Notes: generated by a model not told the origin, from the sequence alone. A DNA stretch of 64,000 nucleotides from Candidatus Nomurabacteria bacterium (GCA_020632195.1 JACKGA010000001.1:45673-109672); one strand, 5' to 3'; counted from the stretch's first letter, positions 1 to 9,939 are shown. Numbers and translations: made by a program.

Positions 1-316
1 GGCGGTCAGCATGTCGCCGCATCATATACACCCCCAGTGCGTGGAAGGTTTTAATTAAAGGAAATGCATAGGGTTCAGTATCTCCCTGCTGATGAAGCAA
101 GTGTTCAATGCGTTCACGCATCTCGGCAGCAGCCTTGTTCGTAAAGGTCACCGCCAAAATTGATGACGGATCATGGCCTTGCTGTACCAAATAAGCAATA
201 CGGTGAGTCAGTGTCCGTGTCTTGCCTGTCCCCGCACCTGCCACAATCAAAAGCGGCCCATTGATATGCTGGACCGCTTTTTGTTGTTCTTTGTTGAGAG
301 AGGAAATGAGATCCAT
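1..316 (-). CDS. UvrD/PcrA-family DNA helicase, N-terminal fragment (continues beyond the left window edge)
   Basis: Minus-strand translation from the ATG at 316 reads [73 protein letters not shown], the superfamily 1 helicase motif I with Walker A GAGTGKT. It is absent from the ORF track because it runs off the window. Confidence 0.8.
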   Translation of the reverse strand, partial: MDLISSLNKEQQKAVQHINGPLLIVAGAGTGKTRTLTHRIAYLVQQGHDPSSILAVTFTNKAAAEMRERIEHLLHQQGDTEPYAFPLIKTFHALGVYMMRRHADR

Positions 317-347
317 AGGAGGATTTTAACATACAAACCTGATTCTG

Positions 348-375
348 TGTCATCCCCGCGGGGGCGTGGATCCAT
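348..375. repeat. Hairpin repeat copy a (TGTC ATCC-stem-loop-stem-GGAT CCA family)
   Basis: tgtcatccccgcgggggcgtggatcca: the conserved TGTCATCC and GGATCCA flanks around a GC stem, lying just upstream of the helicase start. Confidence 0.55.
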
Positions 376-402
376 GGTTCAACTTTCAGTATAAAATCAA
401 AA

Positions 403-822
403 TTAGCCGTCTATTCCTACTGTCACTAGCTCATCATTCTCAAAGTAAATTGTAAGCTGATGTCTGCCCTCGTCTTCCATCATATCGAAGGCTAAGTCCC
501 ACTCGATTGGAGGTTGTTCAAGGTTTAGTATATTTATAGCAACTAAGAGAAATTTTTTACTAAAGTCGTCTATCTTGAAGACCACATTTTCATCCCAATC
601 TTTAATATTTTCTTTAATTAAGTTTGCACTCTTTGCAACCAGATCTTGATAACCTCTCTGTATCTTTATATAGAAGTTTCTCTGTTTGTCCGTGGGTTTT
701 TTCTCAACCGCATCAATAAAATATTCGATATATTTATTCAAAGGTTCAAAAAATACCTCGCCTTCAAAATACTTTATTGCTGAATCCCAGTGTGCTGTCT
801 CTAACATAAGCTCACCAAACAC
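403..822 (-). CDS. hypothetical protein (139 aa)
   Basis: Intact ORF that is co-directional with its neighbours; I recognise no motif. Confidence 0.5.
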   Translation of the reverse strand: MFGELMLETAHWDSAIKYFEGEVFFEPLNKYIEYFIDAVEKKPTDKQRNFYIKIQRGYQDLVAKSANLIKENIKDWDENVVFKIDDFSKKFLLVAINILNLEQPPIEWDLAFDMMEDEGRHQLTIYFENDELVTVGIDG

Positions 823-904
823 ATCGTCTTTCAGGGTTTTCTTTTTGAGCCATCCGAATATAACTTAAATACTAACATAAAAGCGCCTTACGGCGCAGGA
901 GAGG

Positions 905-953
905 TGGATCCAAGATATTTTCTCCGCTTTGCTACGAAAATTCTAGGATGACA
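905..953. repeat. Hairpin repeat copy b (long-loop variant)
   Basis: tggatccaaga-[tattttctccgctttgctacgaaaat]-tctaggatgaca. The flanks TGG ATCC ... GGAT GACA are present and the loop carries the CTCCGCTTTGCTAC motif. The sequence is near-identical to the copy at 12275..12323. Confidence 0.65.
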
Positions 954-979
954 CAGATGAGAGTGTATACGCTTTCTTG

Positions 980-1315
980 CTACTCCATCTCATCCAATTG
1001 TTCCAAAAACAAACGCATTTCGTCGTTCATCAAGTATCCGAAATCAGGATACGTCTCGTCGAGGAAGGCGAGAAATTCTGGTAATGACATACTGTCGAGC
1101 TTTGCATTGAGATCAGCAACCACTGATTCTTCTTGGCTATCCATAAAACGCGCCAAAGCATTCTGGATCACGGTTTCTCCCATCATAGCGATGAGTTCCT
1201 CCTGATCTTCCTCGGGCATGTCTTCAATGTCTAAAACATCTACGAGATCATTTATAACATCAGTAATATTGATTTGTTCATCGAGAGGGTTTATGGGTTC
1301 CATAGGTGTAGTCAT
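980..1315 (-). CDS. hypothetical highly acidic protein (111 aa)
   Basis: Intact ORF very rich in Asp and Glu; no recognisable domain. Confidence 0.5.
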   Translation of the reverse strand: MTTPMEPINPLDEQINITDVINDLVDVLDIEDMPEEDQEELIAMMGETVIQNALARFMDSQEESVVADLNAKLDSMSLPEFLAFLDETYPDFGYLMNDEMRLFLEQLDEME

Positions 1316-1321
1316 TATACT

Positions 1322-1705
1322 CTATTGTCCCTTGCCAAGCATCTGTCCCGTAGCCTGGTCTGCGACGCGTTCGATAAAAGCTGTAATATGCTCTCCGGCA
1401 AAAGGCGTGGCATCGATAGAATTAGCAAGCCGTGCCACCAAATCGCGCAATGTCTGATACGTACCTTGTACCGTTCCCGTCATAAATTCTACAGCATCTC
1501 CTTTGTATTCATTGCCGATCTTTACAGGATCGAGATTCTTGAGGTGACGATACGCAGTATCGGTATACGGGTCCTCCTGCGCAGCAAGTTCAAAAGCGCG
1601 ACGATAGAGTCTTTCCAGAACGAGCTTGGTGGGGTTGGGAGCACTTTGGAGTGTCTGGGTAATCGTTGATGAGTTGACGGTATCCTTCTGAGTATTCATG
1701 GTCAC
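1322..1705 (-). CDS. hypothetical protein (127 aa)
   Basis: Intact ORF, 6 nt upstream of the 980..1315 gene and 32 nt downstream of the 1204-aa gene, consistent with one operon. Confidence 0.5.
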   Translation of the reverse strand: MTMNTQKDTVNSSTITQTLQSAPNPTKLVLERLYRRAFELAAQEDPYTDTAYRHLKNLDPVKIGNEYKGDAVEFMTGTVQGTYQTLRDLVARLANSIDATPFAGEHITAFIERVADQATGQMLGKGQ

Positions 1706-1737
1706 TAGTATATCATGACGATGTACGAAGCTCTAGG

Positions 1738-4700
1738 CTATGATCCGCCAAAAATATCTTTCATGGCTTTCCCGAGATTACGTCCCGCTTGCTGTCCTCC
1801 AGGAATCCTTCGAAAAATATCTTCTGGACCATCTACCATCACGCCTGATTGGTCGGCAACTGGCGTACTTTCACCAGGATTTCCCCCGAAGCTTATTTGG
1901 GTATCTTGAAGGACAGGACCATCTACTCCAATAGTTATGGTTGGTTTAATACTTGCATTCGGATTAGGAATCGTCCTCCCTCCTTTGAAAGTAGTGTTTG
2001 GATTCACATCGGCATGGTTATATGCAGAAGCATCAGGGCTTTTGTAGGTACTATAGCCTTGCCCCGCTTGTGCTACATTCTGGTCACCATAAAATTGCCC
2101 TTGATTATGGAGATATTGTGTCTGATCGAGATGATTGGTTGGCAATGGCCCGCCTGTTTTGATAACCGTTGTGTTGGGAATATTTTGTGGAGTCGCAGCA
2201 TCGAGTTCAGACTGTGGGTAGCGACTCATGTCGCCTTTACTTACGGGGTCTTGGTTAAGCTCGGGGACGCTCTGTGTATGGACACCATCACCCGTACTCC
2301 CTTTAAAATTTGGACCACTTGTATTTTGACCTATCGTCTGTGGCTGATACGTATGCCCCTGCGTAGGTTCTGCGATAGGAATATCGTGATGACTAGATGG
2401 TCCTGGTGTGATATCTACCACTGGTGGATTGGACTGGGGAGGCACTTGTACTTCTGCCACAGGAGGTTGCTGAAATACGGCCTCGTGAGAAACCACAGGA
2501 TCAACATCTACTGGAGTGATAGACTTATGACCAATCACCTCAACTTCAGGGAGCGTTCCGCCATCAATCGTAGCAATAGGAGCGGGACGGTTAAAATCTG
2601 GACGCATGTCGCGCATGTCTGCACGCGAGAGATCAGGTCCTGATGAGGTCAAACTGTGAGCAGTCATACCTCCACCCATAGCCCCCAACATCGTCAGGAT
2701 CAAACGTGCTCGCCAACGACGCACATCTCCACGCTGGATGCGTTCTACTTCTCGCTGGAAGGTAAGGCTATCGATTTCTTTATGAGCGAACTGTTTACTG
2801 AGCTGCTCGATACGACTACGTCCCTCAGCTTTTTGAGCATCCTCTTCAAATTTCATTTTTTTCTGAGTTGCAACGGCAGCTTTGTAATACATATCCTCAT
2901 CAGGATGATAGTCTTTTTCCTTGGTGCGAGCCATATATTCACGATCTTTCAAAGCCCAATCCTGTGCTTTTTGTTTTGCTTTCTGTTGCTGTAAACGAAT
3001 CAATTCCTCGTCATGAAGGTTCATGTTTATTTGGGTGCGTGACTCATTTCCAATGAGATTTTTGATTGATTCATTTTTAGTTACCAAGTTGGCGAAACGA
3101 CTACTTGCGAGACGTCGCGTAATCATGCCGCCAGCAAAGCCACCAAGGTACCCTGGGATATTCAACCCAAACAAAGCTGCGGAAGTCGTATACATCCCCG
3201 CAACCGCAAGCCATGCACCCCCTTGTTTGATCAGACGTGCTTTTTTAGGGTCTTCTTTTTCGAGTTTTGCAAATTTTGCTTGAAGAGTATTCTCGATTTT
3301 GCCATACCAGGTCTCGGCACGCTGTTGACGTAGGGTTTCGCTCCGTACTTCACGCGCAATTCTCTGTTGGTCATAGATAGCGGTAATCCCTACATAACGA
3401 TTTTTGAGTCGTTCGGCTACTTCTTTTTTACGATCTTCGCTCCATCCTTCTTTGTCTTTCAGAAGATGCATGTAGTAATTATTTTTTTCTTGCCCTGCTT
3501 CACGGCGGTATTTTTGATACGCTTCCATGGTTTTGGGAGACATATCTTGCTGTTCGAGCTTGTCGCCTTCCCCACGCCCAAACCAAATACGATTCTTCAA
3601 GCGATGAAAAAAGCCTTGCTGTTGTACTTCTTCTTTGTATTTGGCACGGAAGTCTTCACGTAGTGCTTGCGTACGCTCATGGATATTTTTGTCTTCAAAA
3701 CGCTGTGGCACGGTGAAAGAAATACGTCCTTCTTGAATCAGTCCGCTCAATTCATCATTGATATCAACACGGGTCCGTCTCCCGCCAAAAGAAACCCACA
3801 TGCCATCATCAGACATGGATTCGATTGCGAACTCCTGTCCACGGTAATTCATAACCGGCTTTTCCCCTGCTTTAAATGCATCGCGTACGACAACAGTATC
3901 AGTGGTAGTCAGGTTTTCTGTAACAATCTTTTTGTCTTCAGTAGTTTGAGGCGCTAGTTCTTTTTCTTGCATATCAATTTCTTGTACTTGATTTTCCTCA
4001 AAATGTGGATTCACCGAGCCCACGTGTTCAAGCTTATCTTTCGATATTGCATACGTACGATTACTTCCTGCGGGAGCAACGTTCACAAATCCTTTTTCGA
4101 CATCATCACGATTACCTTCGTAGAGAAGATTCCCCTTTTCGTCTTTAAAAACACGTTGTACGCGTGCAATCTTGTCTGAACCAATAGCATATGTTGGTCC
4201 CGTACCGTCAATAGACTGGACACTCGTATTGCCTTCTTCCATATCATCTCGTGGTACTTCCACCAAGCCGGTATTCTTTTCAAGATGGCGAAAATGCCGA
4301 GGTTCGAGGTTGCTAGAAGGAGAAGGAATGTTTTCTTTTTTATTTTCCACATCTTCTTTGCTCTCGTGTTCTTGTTGGGAGAGATTGCTTCCTATTCCGC
4401 CAAAATCAAGGTCACCTGGTCCAGCCGAGACCCATTCTGGCTGTTCGTAGTCTAGAGGTTGGCTGTCTTCTTGCCCCCCTTCGACAAGACTTTCTTCCTG
4501 AGACAGCGAAGTATTTTCTTTATTTTTCTGTAATTCTTTTTGGATTTTCAACTTGAGCTCCCGCTGGTGCCGTAAGAAATCAGCATCATTATTGATATAG
4601 TTGAGATCTGTTTGAGCAGAATCATACACGGTTTTGGCTGTTGTTTGCTCTTGTGCTTGTGGATGGCTTTCATTCTGATCGGTATTCACACCCAAAGAAG

Positions 4701-5352
4701 CATCATAGAGTGCCCCCATAAGCTTCTGTGCTGCTTGGTCATCAGCTTTTTCTTTTGATTTTTGATATGTTTCATATGCTGACGATGGTACATACTCGGC
4801 GCTTTGCTTTTCAGCATTTTTTTGAGACCATTGCAGACCCTTTTTTGGAAGTGTTCCTGTATAAGATTTATATCCTTTTGGAACTTTGGGCTGCGTATCA
4901 TTCTCTTGTGTCATCTTTTCATTAAATCTCTTCTGAGGAAAATCAGCTGCGAGATTTTCTCCTTGTTGACGAGCAACATAGCCGAGAATAGAGTTCAGAG
5001 AGACTTCGCCCGCGCGAGTCGTTTTGATCCCCGCTTTGTCTTTGAGAAATTGAGTAAGGATTGGTCGATCTTCTTTTGAGAGAATATTTTTAGACTCCAC
5101 AAACTCACGCCACTGACCAAACGTGGGCTTTTGGTGGTATCGCCCATATTGTTCCATGAACTCTTGAAATGCTTTATCAATTTTCTTGAAAGCTTCAGGC
5201 GGGGTTTTGCGATTAGTATCTTTTAATTCTAAATTTGTATTGGTAGATTGCTCTCTATGAGAAGGTTCTGGGTCATCTCCTAAAATAGTAGAAAAAACTT
5301 TTTTAATTTCTTCCTGATTTTTTGAATTGTTTATAGCGTCGCCAAGATTCAT
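1738..5352 (-). CDS. large hypothetical membrane protein (1204 aa, two predicted transmembrane segments, Q/N/T/P-rich, coiled-coil)
   Basis: Uninterrupted 3.6-kb ORF. Hydrophobic segments GGAWLAVAGMYTTSAALFGLNIPGYLGGFAGGMIT and WRARLILTMLGAMGGGMTAHSL. The C-terminal region is Gly/Pro/Asn/Gln-rich and of low complexity. No catalytic motif recognised. Confidence 0.7.
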   Translation of the reverse strand: MNLGDAINNSKNQEEIKKVFSTILGDDPEPSHREQSTNTNLELKDTNRKTPPEAFKKIDKAFQEFMEQYGRYHQKPTFGQWREFVESKNILSKEDRPILTQFLKDKAGIKTTRAGEVSLNSILGYVARQQGENLAADFPQKRFNEKMTQENDTQPKVPKGYKSYTGTLPKKGLQWSQKNAEKQSAEYVPSSAYETYQKSKEKADDQAAQKLMGALYDASLGVNTDQNESHPQAQEQTTAKTVYDSAQTDLNYINNDADFLRHQRELKLKIQKELQKNKENTSLSQEESLVEGGQEDSQPLDYEQPEWVSAGPGDLDFGGIGSNLSQQEHESKEDVENKKENIPSPSSNLEPRHFRHLEKNTGLVEVPRDDMEEGNTSVQSIDGTGPTYAIGSDKIARVQRVFKDEKGNLLYEGNRDDVEKGFVNVAPAGSNRTYAISKDKLEHVGSVNPHFEENQVQEIDMQEKELAPQTTEDKKIVTENLTTTDTVVVRDAFKAGEKPVMNYRGQEFAIESMSDDGMWVSFGGRRTRVDINDELSGLIQEGRISFTVPQRFEDKNIHERTQALREDFRAKYKEEVQQQGFFHRLKNRIWFGRGEGDKLEQQDMSPKTMEAYQKYRREAGQEKNNYYMHLLKDKEGWSEDRKKEVAERLKNRYVGITAIYDQQRIAREVRSETLRQQRAETWYGKIENTLQAKFAKLEKEDPKKARLIKQGGAWLAVAGMYTTSAALFGLNIPGYLGGFAGGMITRRLASSRFANLVTKNESIKNLIGNESRTQINMNLHDEELIRLQQQKAKQKAQDWALKDREYMARTKEKDYHPDEDMYYKAAVATQKKMKFEEDAQKAEGRSRIEQLSKQFAHKEIDSLTFQREVERIQRGDVRRWRARLILTMLGAMGGGMTAHSLTSSGPDLSRADMRDMRPDFNRPAPIATIDGGTLPEVEVIGHKSITPVDVDPVVSHEAVFQQPPVAEVQVPPQSNPPVVDITPGPSSHHDIPIAEPTQGHTYQPQTIGQNTSGPNFKGSTGDGVHTQSVPELNQDPVSKGDMSRYPQSELDAATPQNIPNTTVIKTGGPLPTNHLDQTQYLHNQGQFYGDQNVAQAGQGYSTYKSPDASAYNHADVNPNTTFKGGRTIPNPNASIKPTITIGVDGPVLQDTQISFGGNPGESTPVADQSGVMVDGPEDIFRRIPGGQQAGRNLGKAMKDIFGGS

Positions 5353-5484
5353 ATCAACTATTATACCATAAAACTCCTTACCGGAATATGCTCTGGTGGA
5401 TCTCGTGTACTATTCAGATGTGCTGTCTCTCTTCCCGGCTCTCTGCAGGATCAAAATCTGAAGACATAGGCTGAGATTAGTTGA

Positions 5485-6873
5485 CTAATCAATACCCTGA
5501 TCTCGATATCTTTCAAAAAATTCATCAGTATGAAGAGCGGCGTCAGTCAGCGCTGTAGCAAGTTCTTTTGCGGGGATACGATACGTCTGCTTGGTACGAT
5601 CACTGATAAAAATGATTATTGCATCGTGGTCAGCGGTTGGCTGTTGAATACTCGTAATAATATAAGCGTCAGTATCTCCAGTAATCTTCATCCCTGGGGC
5701 AACCGTACTCTCATCAGTCAAAGCATATGATTCATGTGCAATAGCTTCTGCGCGTGAATGATGATAGTTGTCAATGATCTTCTGCATATCAGCGATATGA
5801 GCACTGCGCTGGCTGACATATTCGGGATAGCGCTCTTTCAAACTCTGGAATTGATTGAAAGCGGAAGTCATAATATTTGAATTTCCCGATGCCACCGCAC
5901 GCGTAAGATACTGCTCCGCAGCATCAAAGTACTTTTTATAGGTCGTCATGCGTTCTTCTCGATGAGCGTTGTGTTCGCGTTCTTCTTTATCAACCATGCT
6001 CTGTGCGGGGGCATACGTCTTGATGACGCCAGGTACATCATAGCGAGATGTGTGAGCAGATCCACCAAATACCGTATCGTAATCTTGTGTCAGTGCTTTA
6101 TCTTGGTCTTCTTCGACCTCTTCTTCTGCCTCACCGAGCTCTCCATTAAGCTGCTCGATGCGTTGGGTGTGAGAAAGATCGTCAAGACGAGGGGTCGTAT
6201 GGGGAATCTCCTTTTCCTGTTCTTCTTTGACAATACGATTAAAACGCTCCCACATATCATCGGCAGGGGTATTTTCTGACGAAGACGGGATGGCTATTTG
6301 GAGGCTTTCAGGAGATGCCTCTTGCTGTTGAGAGAAAGAAGAATGAGCCGCCAGAAGATCATCAAGAGATTGATGAATAGGTGGCGCAGGAGCAGCTTCA
6401 GGTTCCTGTGGGGGCTGAGCATCAGTATCGGCGAGCATCCTCATATCTTGAGAGGGTTCTTGTGGAGGCGCTGTGGGCGGTAGAGGTAGAGGTTTCGTGA
6501 TTGCAGACACGTCAGGAGCGGGAGGAGGAGTTATGAGTGGCTGTGGGGTGGAAGGTGGGGCGGGCGGAGGAGACACGGGAACGGGGGGAAGAGGAGTGCC
6601 CTCTTTCTCTTGTGTATCCTGAGTATGTCTTTCTGATTCTTTGTCTAAAATGTGAGTATCATCTTTCTGTCCCTCAAGCACATGCAAACACTCTTGCTTA
6701 TGTTTTTCATCAATTAAAAGTGAACCGATAATTTGCCGCGCAGTCTCTATCTGCCCCTGTTGCCAGAGTGTAGCTGCAGTATGGAGTGATGTTTCTTCAA
6801 TACTTCCAGGTAAAATACTCTCGGGGTGCTGTTGGATATATTCGCGTATGAGTGAAAGAGGGTCGGTATTCAT
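5485..6873 (-). CDS. hypothetical proline-rich protein (462 aa)
   Basis: Intact ORF with a PPVPVSPPPAPPSTPQPLITPPPAP tract and an acidic linker; no recognised domain. It heads a co-directional gene string. Confidence 0.6.
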   Translation of the reverse strand: MNTDPLSLIREYIQQHPESILPGSIEETSLHTAATLWQQGQIETARQIIGSLLIDEKHKQECLHVLEGQKDDTHILDKESERHTQDTQEKEGTPLPPVPVSPPPAPPSTPQPLITPPPAPDVSAITKPLPLPPTAPPQEPSQDMRMLADTDAQPPQEPEAAPAPPIHQSLDDLLAAHSSFSQQQEASPESLQIAIPSSSENTPADDMWERFNRIVKEEQEKEIPHTTPRLDDLSHTQRIEQLNGELGEAEEEVEEDQDKALTQDYDTVFGGSAHTSRYDVPGVIKTYAPAQSMVDKEEREHNAHREERMTTYKKYFDAAEQYLTRAVASGNSNIMTSAFNQFQSLKERYPEYVSQRSAHIADMQKIIDNYHHSRAEAIAHESYALTDESTVAPGMKITGDTDAYIITSIQQPTADHDAIIIFISDRTKQTYRIPAKELATALTDAALHTDEFFERYRDQGID

Positions 6874-7100
6874 ATGTACTCATTATATCAGAGTACTCCA
6901 GAGAAGGTAGTCTTACGGTATTCTGTATTCAGATAAAATTTGACACTATGTATCAAGTATTGAATAAAAAATGACTCTCTTGACCTCTGTTACATCAATG
7001 CTACCCTTTTAATGTACTGTTTTGGTTCCCACGGAAGAATGAATACATAATCTATGGCATCAGTAAAGCATTATATTATCTCCGTTGCTCCTCGGAACAA

Positions 7101-8252
7101 ATGGTCGGTAATCATAAATGTGCTTTCATTTGTAGGCTTATTTATCTTTCAACACAGGATCCCGAGGGCTCATTACCCCTATCTATCGCGGAGACATATC
7201 TTCTTATACTCATAACATTGGCAGTAAGTGCTGGTGGGTGGATGTTTGGTACACGCATTACTCAATCCTCAATCCTTCTGGGGACGCCTACTCATGGGCA
7301 GACAACAACATCAAAAACCATCGATACTCTCGATGCTCCTTCGCGTATTTCTTTTGACACACCGCAAGCTCTTGTACAAGCTGATACAAAACTTGCTCTG
7401 GTTGATGATGACTTTTCAGCCCTTACCCCAGCCCTTACCACGACTGGCGAGCTCCCTGAGTCGATAACTCCTACCGAAGAATTCGGCGTCAGTGATGAAA
7501 CTCGTTATGTCATTCGTGAAGGCGACACACTTGCAGATATTGCTGAGATTTTCGACATTTCTACTTCTACTATTAAATACAACAATCCTGATACTACCAA
7601 AGGCAAACTCAAAGCTGGTACTGAGTTGATCATCCCACCTATCGATGGTATTTCATACAAAATCCAAAAGGGTGATACTTTTAGCGGTATTGCGAAGAAG
7701 TTCGATGTAGCCGCAGATGATATTGCCGATTTCAACTATATTCTTGATCGTACCAGTGTTGTTGCCGGAACCACCCTCTTTATCCCAAATGGAAAACCTC
7801 TACCAGAAGCAAAAGTAACCATCAAAACATCTTCAGAAAAGACGACAACAGCGAGCGTGCCTTCAAACTATAGCTTTAGCGGATCTCTCGGTCGCCCTGT
7901 AAGCGGACCAATTACCAGTGGCTATGGAATGCGTAGTATGGGTATGCACCGAGGAATTGACTTCGGAGTACCAGTCGGAACTCCTATTCATGCGGCAGGA
8001 AGTGGTTATGTCAAAAAAGCAGCTGGGTCAGGATACAACGGTGGATTTGGTAAAATGGTAGTACTTGGCCATGGTGACTACGATACCCTCTATGCGCACA
8101 TGTCACGTGTCGCAGTGACTGCGGGTCAGTATGTCGAAAAAGGTCAGGTCATCGGATACTCAGGAAATACCGGCCGATCAACAGGCCCACACCTCCACCT
8201 CGAGGTACGTGTTGGTGGAAAACCAGTTAATCCTACTCCTTATTTGAAATAA
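7101..8252 (+). CDS. M23 family metallopeptidase with two LysM domains and an N-terminal membrane anchor
   Basis: Two LysM-like segments (YVIREGDTLADIAEIF... and YKIQKGDTFSGIAKKF...). The C-terminal M23 signature is GMHRGIDFGVPVGTPIHAAGSGYV ... GNTGRSTGPHLHLEV. The exact start is uncertain. Confidence 0.85.
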   Translation: MVGNHKCAFICRLIYLSTQDPEGSLPLSIAETYLLILITLAVSAGGWMFGTRITQSSILLGTPTHGQTTTSKTIDTLDAPSRISFDTPQALVQADTKLALVDDDFSALTPALTTTGELPESITPTEEFGVSDETRYVIREGDTLADIAEIFDISTSTIKYNNPDTTKGKLKAGTELIIPPIDGISYKIQKGDTFSGIAKKFDVAADDIADFNYILDRTSVVAGTTLFIPNGKPLPEAKVTIKTSSEKTTTASVPSNYSFSGSLGRPVSGPITSGYGMRSMGMHRGIDFGVPVGTPIHAAGSGYVKKAAGSGYNGGFGKMVVLGHGDYDTLYAHMSRVAVTAGQYVEKGQVIGYSGNTGRSTGPHLHLEVRVGGKPVNPTPYLK

Positions 8253-8257
8253 CGAAT

Positions 8258-8290
8258 AAACCAAAGCCCCGCAAGGGGCTTTGGTTTATT
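8258..8290 (+). terminator. Rho-independent terminator
   Basis: aaccaaagcccc-gcaa-ggggctttggtt followed by a T-run, immediately after the peptidase stop. Confidence 0.7.
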
Positions 8291-8347
8291 ATAAATAAAA
8301 TTGACATATTATTTATAATATGATACAATATCAAAAAACTTAAAAAC

Positions 8348-8764
8348 ATGAAAAAAGAAAACGAATTCTCAATCCCCAAAAGATCAGTATGGGCATTGAT
8401 ATGTACTCTTGTACTGGGAGTATTTATATACTTTCAAGCAAAGTATTACATAATTCCTGGGTTTCAGGAAATTTTTAATGAAAAAGACCCCACACTAGAA
8501 GCAGTCATGCGACTGATGTGGGTACCCATACTGGCGTACTGTATGATCTCTGCAGGTCTAGTATCCATCTTTAGTATATTTACGAAACTAAAAAAATATA
8601 AAGAGGAGGGGCTTATTGCTGGGCTTATTGCTGGGCTTATTGCTGGGCTTATTGGCGGGCTTACTTGGGGGCTTATTGGCGGGCTTACTTGGGGGCTTAT
8701 TGGCGGGCTTGTTATTGGGCTTGTTATTGGGCTTATTGCTGGGCTTATTGCTGAAAAAAATTAA
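8348..8764 (+). CDS. small membrane protein with a C-terminal (G-L-x-x)12 glycine-zipper repeat
   Basis: N-terminal transmembrane segments, then GLIAGLIAGLIAGLIGGLTWGLIGGLTWGLIGGLVIGLVIGLIAGLIA, encoded by twelve tandem 12-nt units. Confidence 0.55.
   Translation: MKKENEFSIPKRSVWALICTLVLGVFIYFQAKYYIIPGFQEIFNEKDPTLEAVMRLMWVPILAYCMISAGLVSIFSIFTKLKKYKEEGLIAGLIAGLIAGLIGGLTWGLIGGLTWGLIGGLVIGLVIGLIAGLIAEKN
8609..8752 (+). repeat. 12 x 12-nt in-frame tandem repeat (gggcttattgct and variants)
   Basis: Direct reading of the sequence: the units are gggcttattgct x3, gggcttattggc, gggcttacttgg, gggcttattggc, gggcttacttgg, gggcttattggc, gggcttgttatt x2 and gggcttattgct x2. Confidence 0.9.
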
Positions 8765-8854
8765 TGAGGGAAAAAAATATTGATGTGCCTTACGCTAATG
8801 TGTAGGGCACTTTTTCTTGCGCCAATCCTTCTTTCCATGTACACTCGCCTCCAT

Positions 8855-9925
8855 ATGAATATGAAAACACAACTTACAGAAAATAAAGACCAGGGAACCG
8901 TATCTATTGCTGGGACTCTTGCCTGGGATGATTTTGCGCCCCTAGAAAAGACCGCTCTAAAGAATCTTGGCGAAAAAGTCGAGATTGACGGCTTCCGTAA
9001 AGGAAATGTTCCTGCTGATATTTTGAAACAAAAAGTAGGCGATATGGCGCTCCTCGAAGAAATGGCGTCGCTCGCCCTCGTGCACGCATATCCTGATGCC
9101 CTACGCGAACATACGATCGATGCAATTGGTCGCCCCGATGTTGCTCTTACCAAAATTGCCCGTGGTGAAGATCTTGGTTTCACTATCACCACAGCAGTCA
9201 TGCCAAAAATTACTTTGAAAGACTATAAAAAAATAGCTGATGATGTAATGAAAAAGCAAAACAAAGCAGAAGTAACTGATGAAGAATTGGAACACTCTCT
9301 GATGCAGCTCCGCAAAATGCGCAAACAAAGCGAATTGGCCAAAGAGGCTGATGATCCTAAAAATGTCCCTAGTATCAAAGATATTGATGAGAAAGATGTT
9401 CCAGAACTCGACGAAGCCTATGTCAAAGAATTAGGCGATTTTGAAAGCATAGAAGATTTTAAAAATAAATTGAAAGCAAATATGCTTCAAGAAAAAGAGC
9501 AGCAAGCGCTCGAAAAACAACGTGTCGAAATCGTCGAGGCTCTCATCGAAAAAAGCGACGCCGTGATTCCTGATATCCTTGCGAATTTTGAATTAGAAAA
9601 ACTCATGATGCAAATGGAGCATGATATTAGTATGTCGGGCATGAGTTTTGATGATTACCTCAAAGCCATCAATAAGACGAAAGAGGAAGTTACCACAGAG
9701 ATGATGCCCGAAGCACAGAAAAGAAGTCATATGCAGCTGCTGATCAACTATATTGCCGATCAGGAAAACATTGAAGCTGATGCAAAAAAAGTCGAAGAAG
9801 AAATGGAAAAGATCAAAGCCATGTATCAAGATATGAAAGAGTTTGATGAAGATCGCGCTCGCGCATATGTGGAAGGTATGCTGATTAATCAGGGGGTATT
9901 TGAATTCCTTGAAGGAAAGAAATAA
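8855..9925 (+). CDS. tig: trigger factor-like chaperone (short form, 356 aa from the internal ATG)
   Basis: The N-terminal ribosome-binding signature VEIDGFRKGNVPADILKQKVG matches the trigger factor GFRKGKVP motif, and the protein has an acidic helical C-terminus. It is shorter than the canonical protein of about 430 aa, so the PPIase module may be reduced. It lies on the clpP side of the chromosome. Confidence 0.6.
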   Translation: MNMKTQLTENKDQGTVSIAGTLAWDDFAPLEKTALKNLGEKVEIDGFRKGNVPADILKQKVGDMALLEEMASLALVHAYPDALREHTIDAIGRPDVALTKIARGEDLGFTITTAVMPKITLKDYKKIADDVMKKQNKAEVTDEELEHSLMQLRKMRKQSELAKEADDPKNVPSIKDIDEKDVPELDEAYVKELGDFESIEDFKNKLKANMLQEKEQQALEKQRVEIVEALIEKSDAVIPDILANFELEKLMMQMEHDISMSGMSFDDYLKAINKTKEEVTTEMMPEAQKRSHMQLLINYIADQENIEADAKKVEEEMEKIKAMYQDMKEFDEDRARAYVEGMLINQGVFEFLEGKK

Positions 9926-9939
9926 AAGAATTAGGGAAT

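Noticed and set aside
1849-2643. 264-aa plus-strand ORF
   Set aside because: It is entirely antisense within the 1204-aa gene and Cys/Trp/Arg-rich, as expected for antisense of a Q/P/T-rich gene.
7140-7170. ggatcccgagggctc, a possible additional hairpin-family copy
   Set aside because: It has the GGATCC core but no paired stem and no TGTC/GACA flank, and it lies within the peptidase N-terminal coding region.
8609-8752. Possible CRISPR array
   Set aside because: The units are 12 nt, contiguous with no spacers, and in-frame within a CDS, so this is a coding tandem repeat. No cas genes are anywhere in the window.
8761-9201. 146-aa minus-strand ORF
   Set aside because: It is antisense to the 5' part of the trigger-factor gene.
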